From assembly GCA_963704935.1 (NCBI GenBank), contig CAVPIF010000003.1, positions 12,256-76,255 on the forward strand: a stretch of 64,000 nucleotides of DNA, read 5' to 3'. The notes under the pieces were generated by a model that saw nothing but the letters and a program-made list of their open reading frames with translations, ran no database searches and was not told where the DNA came from. Each line of letters begins with the position of its first letter. Within the stretch, counting starts at the first letter, position 1. This document shows, one piece after another, positions 17,335 through 27,852 of the stretch. The stretch comes from an uncultured Chloroflexia bacterium. GTDB taxonomy: Bacteria; Chloroflexota; Limnocylindria; Limnocylindrales; CSP1-4. The position numbers and the translations under genes are program-made.

Positions 17335-18402
17335 CTATTCCGCCTCTTCGATGCCCTCGACCGGGATCACGACCTCGTTGATCTTGCCGCGGATCTTGCG
17401 ATCGATGTCCGCGGCGATCTCCGGGCTGGTCTTGAGGAACTCCTTGGACGCCTCGCGGCCCTGGCCAAGCCGGGTCTCACCGAAGTTGAACCAGGCACCG
17501 GTCTTGGACACCACGTCCATCGCCACGCCGACGTCCAGGAGCCCGCCTTCCTTGGAGATGCCCTCGCCGTACATGATGTCGAACTCGGCGACGCGGAACG
17601 GTGACGCGACCTTGTTCTTGACCACCTTGACGCGACAGCGGTTGCCGACCGATTCGGTGCCCGTCTTGATGGTCTCCACGCGACGGATGTCGAGGCGGAC
17701 CGAGGCATAGAACTTCAGGGCGCGTCCTCCCGGCGTCGTCTCCGGGTTGCCGAACATGACCCCGATCTTCTCGCGCAGCTGGTTGGTGAAGACGAGCGCG
17801 GTGTTGGAGCGCGACACGGCGCCGGTCAGCTTGCGCAGGGCCTGGCTCATCAGCCGGGCCTGGATGCCGACGAACGAGTCGCCCATCTCGCCCTCGATCT
17901 CGGCGCGCGGCACGAGGGCCGCGACGGAGTCGACGACGACGCAGTCGATCCCGCCCGAGCGGATCAGGGTCTCCGTGATCTCCAGGGCCTGCTCGCCGGT
18001 GTCCGGCTGGCTGACCAGCAGCTCGTCGACGTTGACGCCGCAGGCGCGCGCGTAGGCGGGGTCGAGCGCGTGCTCGACGTCGATGAACGCGACCACGCCA
18101 CCGCGTGCCTGCGCCTGCGCCAGGACGTGCTGGCAGACGGTCGTCTTGCCCGACGACTCCGGTCCGAAGATCTCCGTGATCCGCCCGCGCGGGATGCCGC
18201 CGACGCCCAGCGCGAGGTCCAGGGCGATGGACCCGGTCGGGATGAAATCGACCGCCTGCCGCTCCGTGGAGCCGAGCTTCATGATCGCGCCGCGACCGAA
18301 CTGCTTCTCGATCGTCAGCAGGGCGGCCTCCACGGCCTTGCCGCGTTCCGCCGTGGCACGCTCCGCCGCCCGGTCCGTTGCCCGCTCGTCCGTCATCGCC
18401 AT
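17335..18402 (-). CDS. recA: Recombinase RecA
   Basis: 355-aa ORF. It carries [26 protein letters not shown], and [24 protein letters not shown]. Confidence 0.98.
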   Translation of the reverse strand: MAMTDERATDRAAERATAERGKAVEAALLTIEKQFGRGAIMKLGSTERQAVDFIPTGSIALDLALGVGGIPRGRITEIFGPESSGKTTVCQHVLAQAQARGGVVAFIDVEHALDPAYARACGVNVDELLVSQPDTGEQALEITETLIRSGGIDCVVVDSVAALVPRAEIEGEMGDSFVGIQARLMSQALRKLTGAVSRSNTALVFTNQLREKIGVMFGNPETTPGGRALKFYASVRLDIRRVETIKTGTESVGNRCRVKVVKNKVASPFRVAEFDIMYGEGISKEGGLLDVGVAMDVVSKTGAWFNFGETRLGQGREASKEFLKTSPEIAADIDRKIRGKINEVVIPVEGIEEAE

Positions 18403-18472
18403 CCGCTCGTCACGCTCCTATCGACCGCTATCGTGCCGTCGACGGACCGGATCGCGGTGCGATCGGCGCCGA

Positions 18473-18637
18473 TCAGGCTTCGTCCGTTTCCTCTTCGACC
18501 ACCGTCCGCGGCTTGCGCACCTTCCGGATCAATTCCACGTTCTGCGGTGGCTCCGAAAGCGGCGACAGGCTCGGCTGGCCGGTCTTCGACTTGGGCTTCT
18601 TCTTGGCCTCTTTGCTGGGTCGATCTCGCGAGCCCAT
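18473..18637 (-). CDS. Small charged hypothetical protein (54 aa) between tgt and recA
   Basis: Not in the ORF track because it is under 60 aa. My translation is MGSRDRPSKEAKKKPKSKTGQPSLSPLSEPPQNVELIRKVRKPRTVVEEETDEA-stop. GGAGG lies 7 nt upstream of the ATG. I recognise no family. Confidence 0.4.
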   Translation of the reverse strand: MGSRDRPSKEAKKKPKSKTGQPSLSPLSEPPQNVELIRKVRKPRTVVEEETDEA

Positions 18638-18679
18638 CGCATCGCCTCCGACTTGTGCTGCAGCGTACCGGCCGATCCT

Positions 18680-19855
18680 TCACGCCGACTGCTCGGCGAC
18701 TTCACCACCGCTCATCCGGCCCGCGCGGGTGCGCAGATCGGACATGTCAGCGGGGAACGTCCCGGCCTGGATCGAGGCTCGGATCCTGGCCATGAAGTCT
18801 AGGGTGAAGGTCAGGTTGTGACAAGTCGCGAGTCGGTATGCCAGCAGCTCCTTGGCCCGGAAGAGATGGGCCAGATAGGCGCGCGAGAACCGCCGGCACA
18901 GGAGGCACGGGCAGTCCGCCTGGACGGGGTCCGGGTCGTCCAGGAATCGCCGGTTGCGCAGGTTCAGCCGCCCGCCCGGTACCCACAGCTGGCCGTTGCG
19001 GGCGACCCGCGCCGGAAGGACACTGTCGAACAGGTCCACGCCCCGGTGGACGGCCTCCAGCAGGTCAGCCGGCGACCCGAGGCCCATCAGGTAGCGTGGC
19101 CGTGGATCGTCGGCCAGCGGCGTCACCGCGATCTCCAACGCCGCGTCGCGCTGCTCCGGCGTCTCGTCGCCCGCCAGGCCGCCGATGCACAGCCCGTCGA
19201 ACGGCAACGTCGCGATGAACCGGGTGGACGCCTCGCGCAGCTCCGGGTCCAGGCCACCCTGGATGATCCCGAACATCGCCTGGTCCGGCCGGGTGTGGGA
19301 TGCGAGCGAGCGCTCTGCCCAGCGATGGGTCCGCGACGTCGCGTCCTCCACCACCTCGCGCGGCGAACTCGGGAAGACCGGCTGGTCGAACGCGACCGCG
19401 ATGTCCGACCCGAGCGCTTCCTGGACCGCCGTGGCGTGTTCGGGCGTGAAGCGGTGGATCGACCCGTCGATGTGCGAGCGGAACGTCACGCCGTCCTCGT
19501 CGACGACACGCAGGTCGCCGAGCGACACGACCTGGAACCCGCCGGAGTCCGTGAGGATCGGCCGGTCCCAGCCCATGAACCGGTGCAGGCCGCCGAGATT
19601 CGCGATCCGCTCGTGCCCGGGGCGCAGGTAGAGGTGGTAGGTGTTGGCCAGGATGATGCTGGCGCCGGTGTCGCGGACGTCGTCCGGTGACAGGGCCTTG
19701 ATCGTGGCGTTCGTCCCGACCGGCATGAACTGCGGCGTCTCCACGACCCCGTGGGCCAGCGTCAGGCGCCCGGTCCGTGCCCGGGTGGACCCGTCCGCCG
19801 GTGCCGCGACCGTGACGTCGTAGCGGGCCGCCGCCGAGATGTACGGGGCGATCAC
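18680..19855 (-). CDS. tgt: tRNA-guanine transglycosylase (queuine tRNA-ribosyltransferase)
   Basis: Within ORF 18680..19882. It carries [17 protein letters not shown] and LTDSGGFQ, plus the zinc site [18 protein letters not shown] prefer the GTG at 19855, which overlaps the ruvB stop (GTGA). Confidence 0.9.
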   Translation of the reverse strand: MIAPYISAAARYDVTVAAPADGSTRARTGRLTLAHGVVETPQFMPVGTNATIKALSPDDVRDTGASIILANTYHLYLRPGHERIANLGGLHRFMGWDRPILTDSGGFQVVSLGDLRVVDEDGVTFRSHIDGSIHRFTPEHATAVQEALGSDIAVAFDQPVFPSSPREVVEDATSRTHRWAERSLASHTRPDQAMFGIIQGGLDPELREASTRFIATLPFDGLCIGGLAGDETPEQRDAALEIAVTPLADDPRPRYLMGLGSPADLLEAVHRGVDLFDSVLPARVARNGQLWVPGGRLNLRNRRFLDDPDPVQADCPCLLCRRFSRAYLAHLFRAKELLAYRLATCHNLTFTLDFMARIRASIQAGTFPADMSDLRTRAGRMSGGEVAEQSA

Positions 19856-20949
19856 GCGTCCGGTGCCGCCGGCTCGTCCCACAGCGACGGCATGCCCGCG
19901 TCGGCGCGACGCGGCGGCGGGATCTCGTAGCCCAACCCGGACAGATGCGCGCGGCCCAGGTCCGTCGCGATCCGTCCCTGTGGCGTCCGGTCGATGAACC
20001 CGAGGCGCAGCAGGAATGGCTCGTGGACGTCCTCGATCGTGTCCGTCTCCTCGGACAGGACGGCGGCCAGCGCCGCCACCCCGACGGGCCCGGACGCGAA
20101 CTTCTGGATGATCGCCGCGAGGAGCTTGCGGTCCGCGGAATCGAGGCCCTCGTCGTCGATCTCCATCTGGCGCATCGCGGCGGTCGCCGTCGCCTCGTGG
20201 ACGCGGCCGTCGCCGTGGACCTGGGCGTGGTCGCGGACGCGCTTGAGCAGTCGATTGACGATGCGCGGCGTGCCCCGCCCGCGCCGGGCGATCGCCCGGA
20301 TGGCCGCGGTGTCGATCGGCACGTCCAGGATCTCCGCCGAGCGCTCGACGATCTGGGCCAGTTCGTCATCGGAGTAGAAGTCGAGCCGGTAGGTCGCGCC
20401 GAACCGGTCCCGCAGCGGGGAGCTGATCCGGCCCGCCCGGGTGGTGGCGCCCACGACCGTGAACGGCTTCAGGCTAAGGCGCAGCGACCGTGCCGAGGGG
20501 CCCTTGCCGATCATCACGTCCAGCGCGTAGTCCTCCATCGCCGGATAGAGGATCTCCTCCACCGCGTGGTTCAGGCGGTGGACCTCGTCGATGAACAGGA
20601 CGTCGCGTTCCTCCAGCGAGGTGAGGATCGCCGCGAGGTCGCCCGCCCGCTCGACCGCCGGTCCGCTCGTGTAGCGGACGTTGACCCCGAGCTCGCGCGC
20701 CACGATCGTCGCGAGGGTCGTCTTGCCGAGCCCCGGGGGCCCGTACAGGAGGATGTGGTCCGCCGCCTCTCCCCGACCCACGGCCGCCTGGAGCAGCACG
20801 GACAGGTTGGCCTTGACCTCCCGCTGGCCGATGTACTCAGCGAGCGAGCGGGGGCGCAGGCTGCCCTCGATGACGGGGTCCACCTCATCGTCGAGATCGC
20901 CGGACAAGATGCGCGAAACGTCGTCGACCATCGCGCGGGATCGTAGCAC
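19852..20949 (-). CDS. ruvB: Holliday junction helicase RuvB
   Basis: 365-aa ORF. It carries [23 protein letters not shown] and GATTRAG. Confidence 0.97.
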   Translation of the reverse strand: MLRSRAMVDDVSRILSGDLDDEVDPVIEGSLRPRSLAEYIGQREVKANLSVLLQAAVGRGEAADHILLYGPPGLGKTTLATIVARELGVNVRYTSGPAVERAGDLAAILTSLEERDVLFIDEVHRLNHAVEEILYPAMEDYALDVMIGKGPSARSLRLSLKPFTVVGATTRAGRISSPLRDRFGATYRLDFYSDDELAQIVERSAEILDVPIDTAAIRAIARRGRGTPRIVNRLLKRVRDHAQVHGDGRVHEATATAAMRQMEIDDEGLDSADRKLLAAIIQKFASGPVGVAALAAVLSEETDTIEDVHEPFLLRLGFIDRTPQGRIATDLGRAHLSGLGYEIPPPRRADAGMPSLWDEPAAPDA

Positions 20950-21156
20950 ATCCGGTGCCCATATCGCACGGATGTTCTAGTGTTGCACGAGTCCCGTCCC
21001 GCGACCCGGGCGTGCGGACTACCATGCCCGCAGCGGCCAGGTCTCTCGAGCAGACCACGACCACGCTGAGGCACGGCGGGATCGTTCGGACGACCCTCGC
21101 CGCCCACGTTGGCTACGCGCCGGCGGGCCGGCGCCCTGGAGTGCTGGGAACCACAG

Positions 21157-22752
21157 ATGCCTACATTCAGGCGCTTCGTACGAGATGGGTTCGCATCTTT
21201 CGTCGGTCTTGGGCGGGGGATCTGGCTCCTCCCGCTCGACGTGATGTTCCGGACGGTCGGTCTGCGGTATGGCTGGTTGATGCGACTCTTCACCTGGTCG
21301 CCGCCCGGCGTGCTGCGCGGGATCAGCCGACTCCGCGCGGAGCGCGCCGCGTGGAGGGCGACGCGTACTGTTCCGGCCTACGGCCACTACCTGGCGGAGT
21401 CCGGGGTCGACGTCGCCGGCCTGTTTCCGCTCGGGATCCTCGCGCATCTACCAGAGACGGACAAGCTGACGTACATCGATCCCTACGGGTTGCTGGAGCG
21501 CTGCATCGGCGGCAGGGTGCCCTATCCAGGAACGTCGATCGACGAGTCGAGCGGGTCGACCGGGATGCCGTACAACTGGATCCGTGGCCGTCGCGAACGC
21601 GAGGTCGCCCATCGCAATATCGGATTCTTCGCCAGGTACGCGTTCGGTGACGGACCGCTGGTGACCATCAACGCCTTCTCCATGGGGGCGTGGGCCGCCG
21701 GTTTCAACATGAGCCTCGGGATGCTGCGTCATGGCATCGTCAAGTCAGTCGGGCCTGATCTCGACAAGATCCTGTCCACCCTCCGCGTCCTGGGCCCGGA
21801 CTACCGATTCCTGATCTCCGGCTACCCGCCCTTCCTCAAGCACCTGCTCGATGAGGGCGTGCGACGGGGCTTCGAATGGTCCGACTACCAGATCCACGCC
21901 CTGGTCGGTGGCGAGGGCATGACGGAGGAGCTTCGGGACATCCTGCTGCAGCGTTTCGTCTCGGTCTATTCAGGGTACGGGGCGACCGATATCGAGATCG
22001 GGATGGCGGGTGAGTCGCCGGTGAGCATCGCGGTCCGCCGGCTGGCCCGGGCTCGACCCGACATCGGGCGCGCCTTGTTCGGGACCGACTCGCGCCTCCC
22101 GATGGTCTTCCAGTACAACCCGCTGATCCACTACATGGAGGTCAACGACCACGGGGAGGTCATCTGTACGGTGTCGCGCCTTGATCTCCTGGCGCCGCGG
22201 ATCCGCTACAACGTTCACGATTCCGGGGGGATCGTGCCGTTCGAGCGGGTGCGCGAGGTCCTGCGGGGATTCGGCTTCGACCTCGACCACCTGGATCGAT
22301 CGCCCGAGGTCCACGGCCCGCGTGGCCCGTTGCCGTGGGCTCGCCCGATTCCGCTGCCGTTCCTGTGGATCCACGGCCGGCGCGATGCAACCGTCAGTGT
22401 CATGGGGTCGAACATCTACCCGGAGGACGTGGAGTCGATCCTGTACGGCGACGCGATCATCGCTCCACGGCTGCACTCATTCATGCTCTCCGTCGTGGAC
22501 GACGAGCGCGGCACGCCGCGACCTGCGGTCGCCCTGGAGATGGCCGACCTCGCAGGCCTCGACCACGCGTGGCGCATGGCCGCCGCGGAGCGGCTTCGGG
22601 ATGGTCTGAGCGTCCTGAATCTCGACTATCGATCGTCGCTCGGGGAGTTCCCGGGCGCGATGCTGCCCGTGATATCCACGTACGGTCTGGGTGGCGGCCC
22701 ATTCGCCGGTGACGCGACCCGGATCAAGCAGCGCCGCATCGCCACCAGCTGA
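21157..22752 (+). CDS. Adenylate-forming enzyme of the PaaK / coenzyme F390 synthetase-like family
   Basis: Within ORF 21109..22752, whose own start is a TTG. An ATG lies at 21157. Motifs are IDESSGSTGMPYNW (an SSGTTG-like P-loop), SGYGATDIEIG and HGRRDATVSVMGSNIYPEDVE (compare PaaK GRSDDML..G.NVFP..IE). G+C is visibly lower than in the flanking genes. It lies on the opposite strand to, and between, ruvB and ruvA. Confidence 0.7.
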   Translation: MPTFRRFVRDGFASFVGLGRGIWLLPLDVMFRTVGLRYGWLMRLFTWSPPGVLRGISRLRAERAAWRATRTVPAYGHYLAESGVDVAGLFPLGILAHLPETDKLTYIDPYGLLERCIGGRVPYPGTSIDESSGSTGMPYNWIRGRREREVAHRNIGFFARYAFGDGPLVTINAFSMGAWAAGFNMSLGMLRHGIVKSVGPDLDKILSTLRVLGPDYRFLISGYPPFLKHLLDEGVRRGFEWSDYQIHALVGGEGMTEELRDILLQRFVSVYSGYGATDIEIGMAGESPVSIAVRRLARARPDIGRALFGTDSRLPMVFQYNPLIHYMEVNDHGEVICTVSRLDLLAPRIRYNVHDSGGIVPFERVREVLRGFGFDLDHLDRSPEVHGPRGPLPWARPIPLPFLWIHGRRDATVSVMGSNIYPEDVESILYGDAIIAPRLHSFMLSVVDDERGTPRPAVALEMADLAGLDHAWRMAAAERLRDGLSVLNLDYRSSLGEFPGAMLPVISTYGLGGGPFAGDATRIKQRRIATS

Positions 22753-22757
22753 TGGTC

Positions 22758-23354
22758 CTAGTCCCGCAGGAGCGTCCGCAGGGCCGCCTTGACCCGATCC
22801 TCCAGGGTGCTGCCGACGGCCATGTCGGAGAGGGCCGCCCGGGACGCGTCGCGCGCCTCGCCCAGGGAGTAGCCGAGCGCCTGGAGGGCCGCCACGACCT
22901 CGCCCTCCGATGCCGCGGACCCGGCCGCCGCGGACCCGCTGACGGCGACCCCGGCCGCCGCGACCTTCTCCTTCAGTTCGAAGATCACCCGCTCGGCCAG
23001 CTTGCGGCCGATCCCCGGGATGGCCACGAGGACGGCCTGGTCGCCGGTCATGATCGCGAGCTGGAGGTCCGCCGTGGGCCGTGAGCCGACGATCGCCAGG
23101 GCGACCTTGGGCCCCACGCCGGTGACCGTCAGCAGCAGGTTGAAGAAGCCGAGCTCCTCCGGCGAGCGGAAGCCGTACAGCGCCTGCTGGTCCTCGCGGA
23201 CGAGGTGGTAGGTGTGGAGCTTGAGTCGCCCTCCGGGTGGCGCCGTGGCGAGGATGGCCGGCGCGGCGAAGACCCGGTAGCCGATGCCGCCGACCTCGAT
23301 GACGAGTGAATCGGCGGAGATCGCCCCGACCACACCCTCGACCGAGGCGATCAC
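22758..23354 (-). CDS. ruvA: Holliday junction DNA-binding protein RuvA
   Basis: 198-aa ORF. It carries MIASVEGVV...GIGYRV, the HhH motifs LLTVTGVGPKVALAI and IPGIGRKLAERV, and a C-terminal domain III. Confidence 0.93.
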   Translation of the reverse strand: MIASVEGVVGAISADSLVIEVGGIGYRVFAAPAILATAPPGGRLKLHTYHLVREDQQALYGFRSPEELGFFNLLLTVTGVGPKVALAIVGSRPTADLQLAIMTGDQAVLVAIPGIGRKLAERVIFELKEKVAAAGVAVSGSAAAGSAASEGEVVAALQALGYSLGEARDASRAALSDMAVGSTLEDRVKAALRTLLRD

Positions 23355-23375
23355 GGTGTCAGTCCGTCCCCGCGG

Positions 23376-24006
23376 CTAGGAGGCGTTGCGCTTGGCGGCG
23401 CGCTTCGCGTCGCGTTCGGCGGCCTTCTCGCGCACGAGGGCCTCGCGGACGGCCCGCTCGTACGAGCTGCCGCCGCGTTCGATCGGGGCGATGGCGGCCC
23501 GGTCCATGACCCCGGCCAGACCCGCAGCCGCCGCCGAGCCGTGGGTGTTCGCCGCCCAGACCGCGATGGCCAGCGCGTCCGCCGCGTCGTCCGGTCGCGG
23601 GCGCTCCTCCATGCCCGAGCACCATCTGGACCATGCGCTGGACCTGCTCCTTGTCCGCCGCCCCGTAGCCCGCGATCGCGCTCTTGACTTCGTTGGGGGT
23701 CGCCTCGCGGACGGGCACGCCGTGCTGGGCCGCGGCGAGCAGGACGACGCCGCGCGCCTGACCCACCCCGAACGCGGTCTGCACGTTGCGCGAGAAGAAC
23801 AGGCGCTCGACCGCGACGACCGTCGGCTGGTGCAAAGCGATCAGCTCGTCGACCAGCGCGTGGATGGCCATCAGCCGCTCCGGCAGCGAAACGTCCGGCG
23901 ACGTCTCCAGGACGCCGTGGTCCACCTCGCGGACCCGGCCACGCGTCGAATCGACGATGCCGTACCCCAGCGCGGCGGTCCCGGGGTCGATCCCCAGGAT
24001 GATCAC
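23376..24006 (-). CDS. ruvC: Holliday junction resolvase RuvC; one frame change
   Basis: IILGIDPG...VAVERLFF...[13 protein letters not shown] is followed, in the frame of ORF 23376..23612, by [23 protein letters not shown]. The change is at the C-run 23624-23626. The span length leaves remainder 1 on division by 3. The GTG start overlaps the yebC stop (GTGA). Confidence 0.85.
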
Positions 24007-24755
24007 CCGGCGACCTCGGCGAAGACTTCCTCGGGGATGTCGAAGTTGGCGGTCACCCGCGAGACGTCGTCGAGGTCCTCGAGCAGCTCCACGAGACGCA
24101 GGGCCTGGCGGGCCTTGGACGCGTCGAGCTCGACGGTCTGCCTGGCGACCATCGTGGATTCCGCGGTGTCGACCGGCACGCCGGCGCCTTCGAGCGCCTT
24201 GCGGACCGCCTCGAGGTCACCGGGCGAGGTGTACACGCCGATGCTCTCCGGATCGTCCGTGTCGACGTCCTCCGCGCCGGCATCGATCGCGGCAAGGGCG
24301 ACCTGGTCCGGGTCCACGCCGTCGCGCGGGATGGAGATCCAGCCACGCGGCTCGAACTGCCAGGCGACGGCGCCGCTGCCCGCCAGCTGGCCGCCGGACT
24401 TGGTGAACATCGAGCGGACTTCCGCCGCGGTCCGATTGCGGTTGTCCGTCTGGGCCTCGACGAGGATGGCCACGCCACCTGGGCCGTAGCCCTCGTAGAC
24501 GATCTCCTCGAACTGCTCCGCCTCACCGCCGCCGGTCGCCTTGTCGATCGTGCGCTTGATGTTGTCCGACGGCATGTTCACGGAGCGCGCCTTCTCCACT
24601 GCCAGGCGCAGTCGGTAGTTGGCGTCCGGGTCGCCGCCGCCCTGCCGGGCCGCCACGCTGATCTCGCGGGCGACCTTCGTGAACAGGGCGCCGCGCTTGG
24701 CGTCCGTGACGCCCTTCTGGCGCTTGATCGTGGACCACTTGGAATGACCGGACAT
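24003..24755 (-). CDS. yebC: YebC/PmpR-family transcriptional regulator
   Basis: 250-aa ORF starting [15 protein letters not shown], with the typical length and motifs. Confidence 0.95.
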   Translation of the reverse strand: MSGHSKWSTIKRQKGVTDAKRGALFTKVAREISVAARQGGGDPDANYRLRLAVEKARSVNMPSDNIKRTIDKATGGGEAEQFEEIVYEGYGPGGVAILVEAQTDNRNRTAAEVRSMFTKSGGQLAGSGAVAWQFEPRGWISIPRDGVDPDQVALAAIDAGAEDVDTDDPESIGVYTSPGDLEAVRKALEGAGVPVDTAESTMVARQTVELDASKARQALRLVELLEDLDDVSRVTANFDIPEEVFAEVAG

Positions 24756-24832
24756 CGCGGGCCGGAGTATAGCCGACTATGATGGCCGTACCCCCACAGC
24801 GCGCGCCTTCCCACGGAGGACCGTCCACGCCG

Positions 24833-26918
24833 ATGACGATGAAGAGCGTCGATCTGCCCCACCTTCGCAGCGTCGTCTTGGCCGGCCATGCCGGCGCCGG
24901 CAAGACGACGCTCGCCGAGCAGCTCCTGTTCAAGGCGGGTGCCATCCCGCGGATGGGCAGGGTGGACGACGGGACCGCGCATCTCGACTTCGAACCCGAG
25001 GAGCAGAAGCGCAAGGAGTCGCTGAGCCTCGCGGTCGGGACGTTCGAGTACGACGGGACCCGGATCTCGCTGCTGGATACGCCGGGCTACCCGGACTTCG
25101 TGGCCGACGTCATCGAGGGCGTCGCCGCGGCCGACGGCGCCATCCTGGTGATGGATGCGTCCGCCGGTGTGGAGGCGGGACTGGAACAGGCGGTGGCCCT
25201 GGCGCGGGCGACCAACACGGCGACCTGCTTCTTCCTCAACAAGTGCGACCGCGAGAATGCCAACCCGACGGCCGCGCTCGACGCCCTGCGCGCCACGTTC
25301 GGCCACAAGATCGCGGCGATCCAGCTGGCGATCGGTTCGGCCGATGCGTTCAGCGGCTACGTCGACCTCGTCCACCGCAAGGCATACCGCTGGGACGGCC
25401 ACGACGAGGTCGAGATCCCGATCCCGGACGACCTCGCCGATGAGGTCGCCCGCCGGCGGGACGAGCTGCTGGAGGCTGCGTCGGAGGCCGACGACGACGT
25501 GATGGTCAAGTACCTCGAGGGCGAGGATATCTCCGATCACGAGCTGGAGATCTGCCTGCGCAAGGGCGTCAAGGACAGCGTGCTGGCGCCCGGTCCTCGT
25601 GGGCTCCGCCGCGAAGGGGATCGAGCTGCGCGGGTTGCTCGATGCGATCGTCCGGTACCTCCCCTCCCCGGCGGACGAGCCGCCGGCCCGAGCGCTGGAC
25701 AAGGCCGGAGCTGCGGTCGAAGTGGCCGCCGACGAGGCCGGGCCGCTCCTCGTCCGCGTGTTCAAGACGACGGCCGACCCGTTCGTGGGCCGGCTGACCT
25801 ACCTGCGCGTCCTGTCCGGCACGCTGCGCTCCCAGGCCCACGTCTGGAACACCACGCGCGACGAGGACGAGCGGATCGGGCAACTGCTGCTGCTGCACGG
25901 CAAGGAACAGGAGGCCATCGGGGAGCTGAAGGCGGGCGAGATCGGGGCGGTCGCCAAGCTGGCCGTGACCGAGACCGGCGACACGCTGGCGACCCGGGAG
26001 AAGTGGCTCAGCCTGCCGCCGCTGGAGTTCCCGGCGCCGTCCCTCGTCGTGGCGATCGAACCCGTCTCCAAGCAGGACCTGGACAAGATGGGCCCGGCCC
26101 TCCAGCGCATGCTGGAGGAGGAGCCGACCGTCCACCTGGAGCGTACGGCGCTGGGCGAGCAGGTGCTCGTGACGATGGGCGAGGCGCACACGGCCGTGAT
26201 CATGGAGCGCCTCAAGCGCAAGTTCGGGGCGGCGGTGGCGACCCACACGCCCAGGGTCCCCTACAAGGAGACGATCCGCGGGACGACCAAGGTCCACGGA
26301 CGCTACAAGAAGCAGACCGGCGGGCACGGGATGTTCGGCGATGTGTGGCTGGAGCTCGAGCCCAACCCGGACGGTGGTGTCGAGTTCGCCGAGAAGGTCG
26401 TCGGAGGTTCGGTGCCGAGGGGCTTCTTCGCGGGCGTGGAAAAGGGCATCCGCGAGGCCGCCGCCGAGGGTGTGCTGGCCGGCTACCCGCTGTCCGATTT
26501 CCGGGCGACCCTGTACGACGGGTCGTTCCACGCGGTCGATTCCAACGAGCTGTCGTTCAAGATCGCGGCGTCCATGGCGCTCAAGGACGGCGTCCACCAG
26601 GCGAAGCCGGCGCTCATGGAGCCGATCATGGCGGTGGAGATCCGGATCCCGGAGGCCTACATGGGCGAGGTCAACCGCGACCTCAACGGCCGACGCGGTC
26701 GCGTGTTGGGCATGGACAGCGCCAACGGCATGCAGGTGATCACCGCCCACGTGCCGCAAGCCGAGTTGTTCTCGTACGCCACGGAGTTGCGGTCACTGGC
26801 CCAGGGACGCGGGTCCTTCAAGGCCGTGCTGGATCACTACGAGGACGTGCCCGGTCACCTGGCCGAGAAGGTCATCGAGACGCATCGCAAGGAACTCGAG
26901 GGGGCCGGCGGCCACTGA
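24833..26918 (+). CDS. Elongation factor G-family GTPase (an EF-G paralogue, not canonical fusA); one frame change
   Basis: The G-domain carries AGHAGAGKTT, DTPGYPDF and NKCD in ORF 24779..26980. Domains II-V lie in ORF 25599..26918 (...RVFKTTADPFVGRLTYLRV...HGRYKKQTGGHGMFGDVWLE...). The change is at ~25592. GGAGGA precedes the ATG at 24833. The span length leaves remainder 1 on division by 3. Confidence 0.85.
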
Positions 26919-27052
26919 GGGCCTGGCCGGGATCCTGCGCCCGGCCGGGGAACCTGCGCCGGGCGACCACCCGGCGTTGATGCCACTCGACCGCATCATC
27001 GGTGGCGCATCAGCGGCGACGGCGCGTCTCCCGGCGGAGCCGCGGACGGCGT

Positions 27053-27791
27053 TCAGATGTCGAGCGCGGCCTCGAGCGACATCCCGCCGTCGTAGAGCGC
27101 GCGGCCGACGATGGCGCCAGCGCACCCGATCGAGCGGAGCGCGCGCAGGTCATCGATCGAGGCGATCCCGGCGGAGGCGATGACCTCGCCTCGCTCGCAG
27201 CGCGACGAGCTCGCGGTAGAGGTCGAGGTCCGGGCCCTCCAGCAGCCCGTCGCGGGCGATGGCGGTCACCTCGAATGTCGTGACGCCCTCGTCGGCGAGC
27301 GCGATGAGGGCCTCCGTCACCGGGACGCCTTGCTGGCCGGCCTGCCAGCCGTGCCCGACGGCACGGCCGTCGCGGACATCCAGGGCCACGGCGATCCGCT
27401 TCCCGCCGTGTGCCGCGACGAGTCGTCCGGCGAACCGCGGATCCCCGATCGCCGCGGTCCCGACGACGGCGCGTTGGGCTCCGGCATCGAGGACGGACGC
27501 CACCGCCGCCGCCGTCCGCAGGCCGCCCGCGACCTCGACCCGGGCGCGGTCCCCCACTGCCACCACGATCGCGTCGATGACCTGGCCGTTGACCGGTTCG
27601 CCGGCAACGGCGCCGTCGAGGTCGACGACGTGCAGCCACGACGCGCCGGCGTCGGTGAAGGCCCGGGCAACGGCGACCGGATCGTCCGAGAACGCTGTCT
27701 CCCGCGCGAAGTCACCCTGCTCGAGCCGGACGACCCGGCCACCGCGCAAGTCGATCGCCGGCAGGATATCGAAGCCGCTTGTCAACGTCAT
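27053..27791 (-). CDS. hisA: HisA (ProFAR isomerase); one frame change near the 3' end
   Basis: [15 protein letters not shown]...VVDLDGA...VEVAGGLR is in ORF 27150..27791. The C-terminus [47 protein letters not shown]-stop is in another frame (change at ~27205). It is divergent from the rest of the his genes. Confidence 0.8.
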
Positions 27792-27852
27792 GTCACCGTG
27801 TTAGCGTGTTAGCACGGTAATACGATAGCACGGTAGTGAGGTGAGGCTGACG
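27792..27852. promoter_or_regulatory. AT-richer divergent promoter/operator region between hisA and yerC-hisG
   Basis: There is a tandem GTGTTAGC x2 (27798-27813). A direct repeat TAGCACGGTA occurs twice (27810-27819 and 27826-27835). ACCGTG (27795-27800) is inverted relative to CACGGT (27814-27819 and 27830-27835). A TACGAT -10-like hexamer lies at 27821-27826. Confidence 0.45.

Noticed and set aside
20950-21156. A LexA/SOS box upstream of ruvB (GAACATCCGTGC on the minus strand) or upstream of recA
   Set aside because: It has two mismatches to GAAC-N4-GTTC in the conserved half-site and is not palindromic. Nothing better lies upstream of recA.
26919-27052. Hairpins between the convergent EF-G paralogue and hisA, as defined terminators
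   Set aside because: Two 7-bp GC stems exist (GGCCGGG...CCCGGCC and CGCCGGG...CCCGGCG), but neither has a U-tract on either strand. That is not distinctive enough to call.
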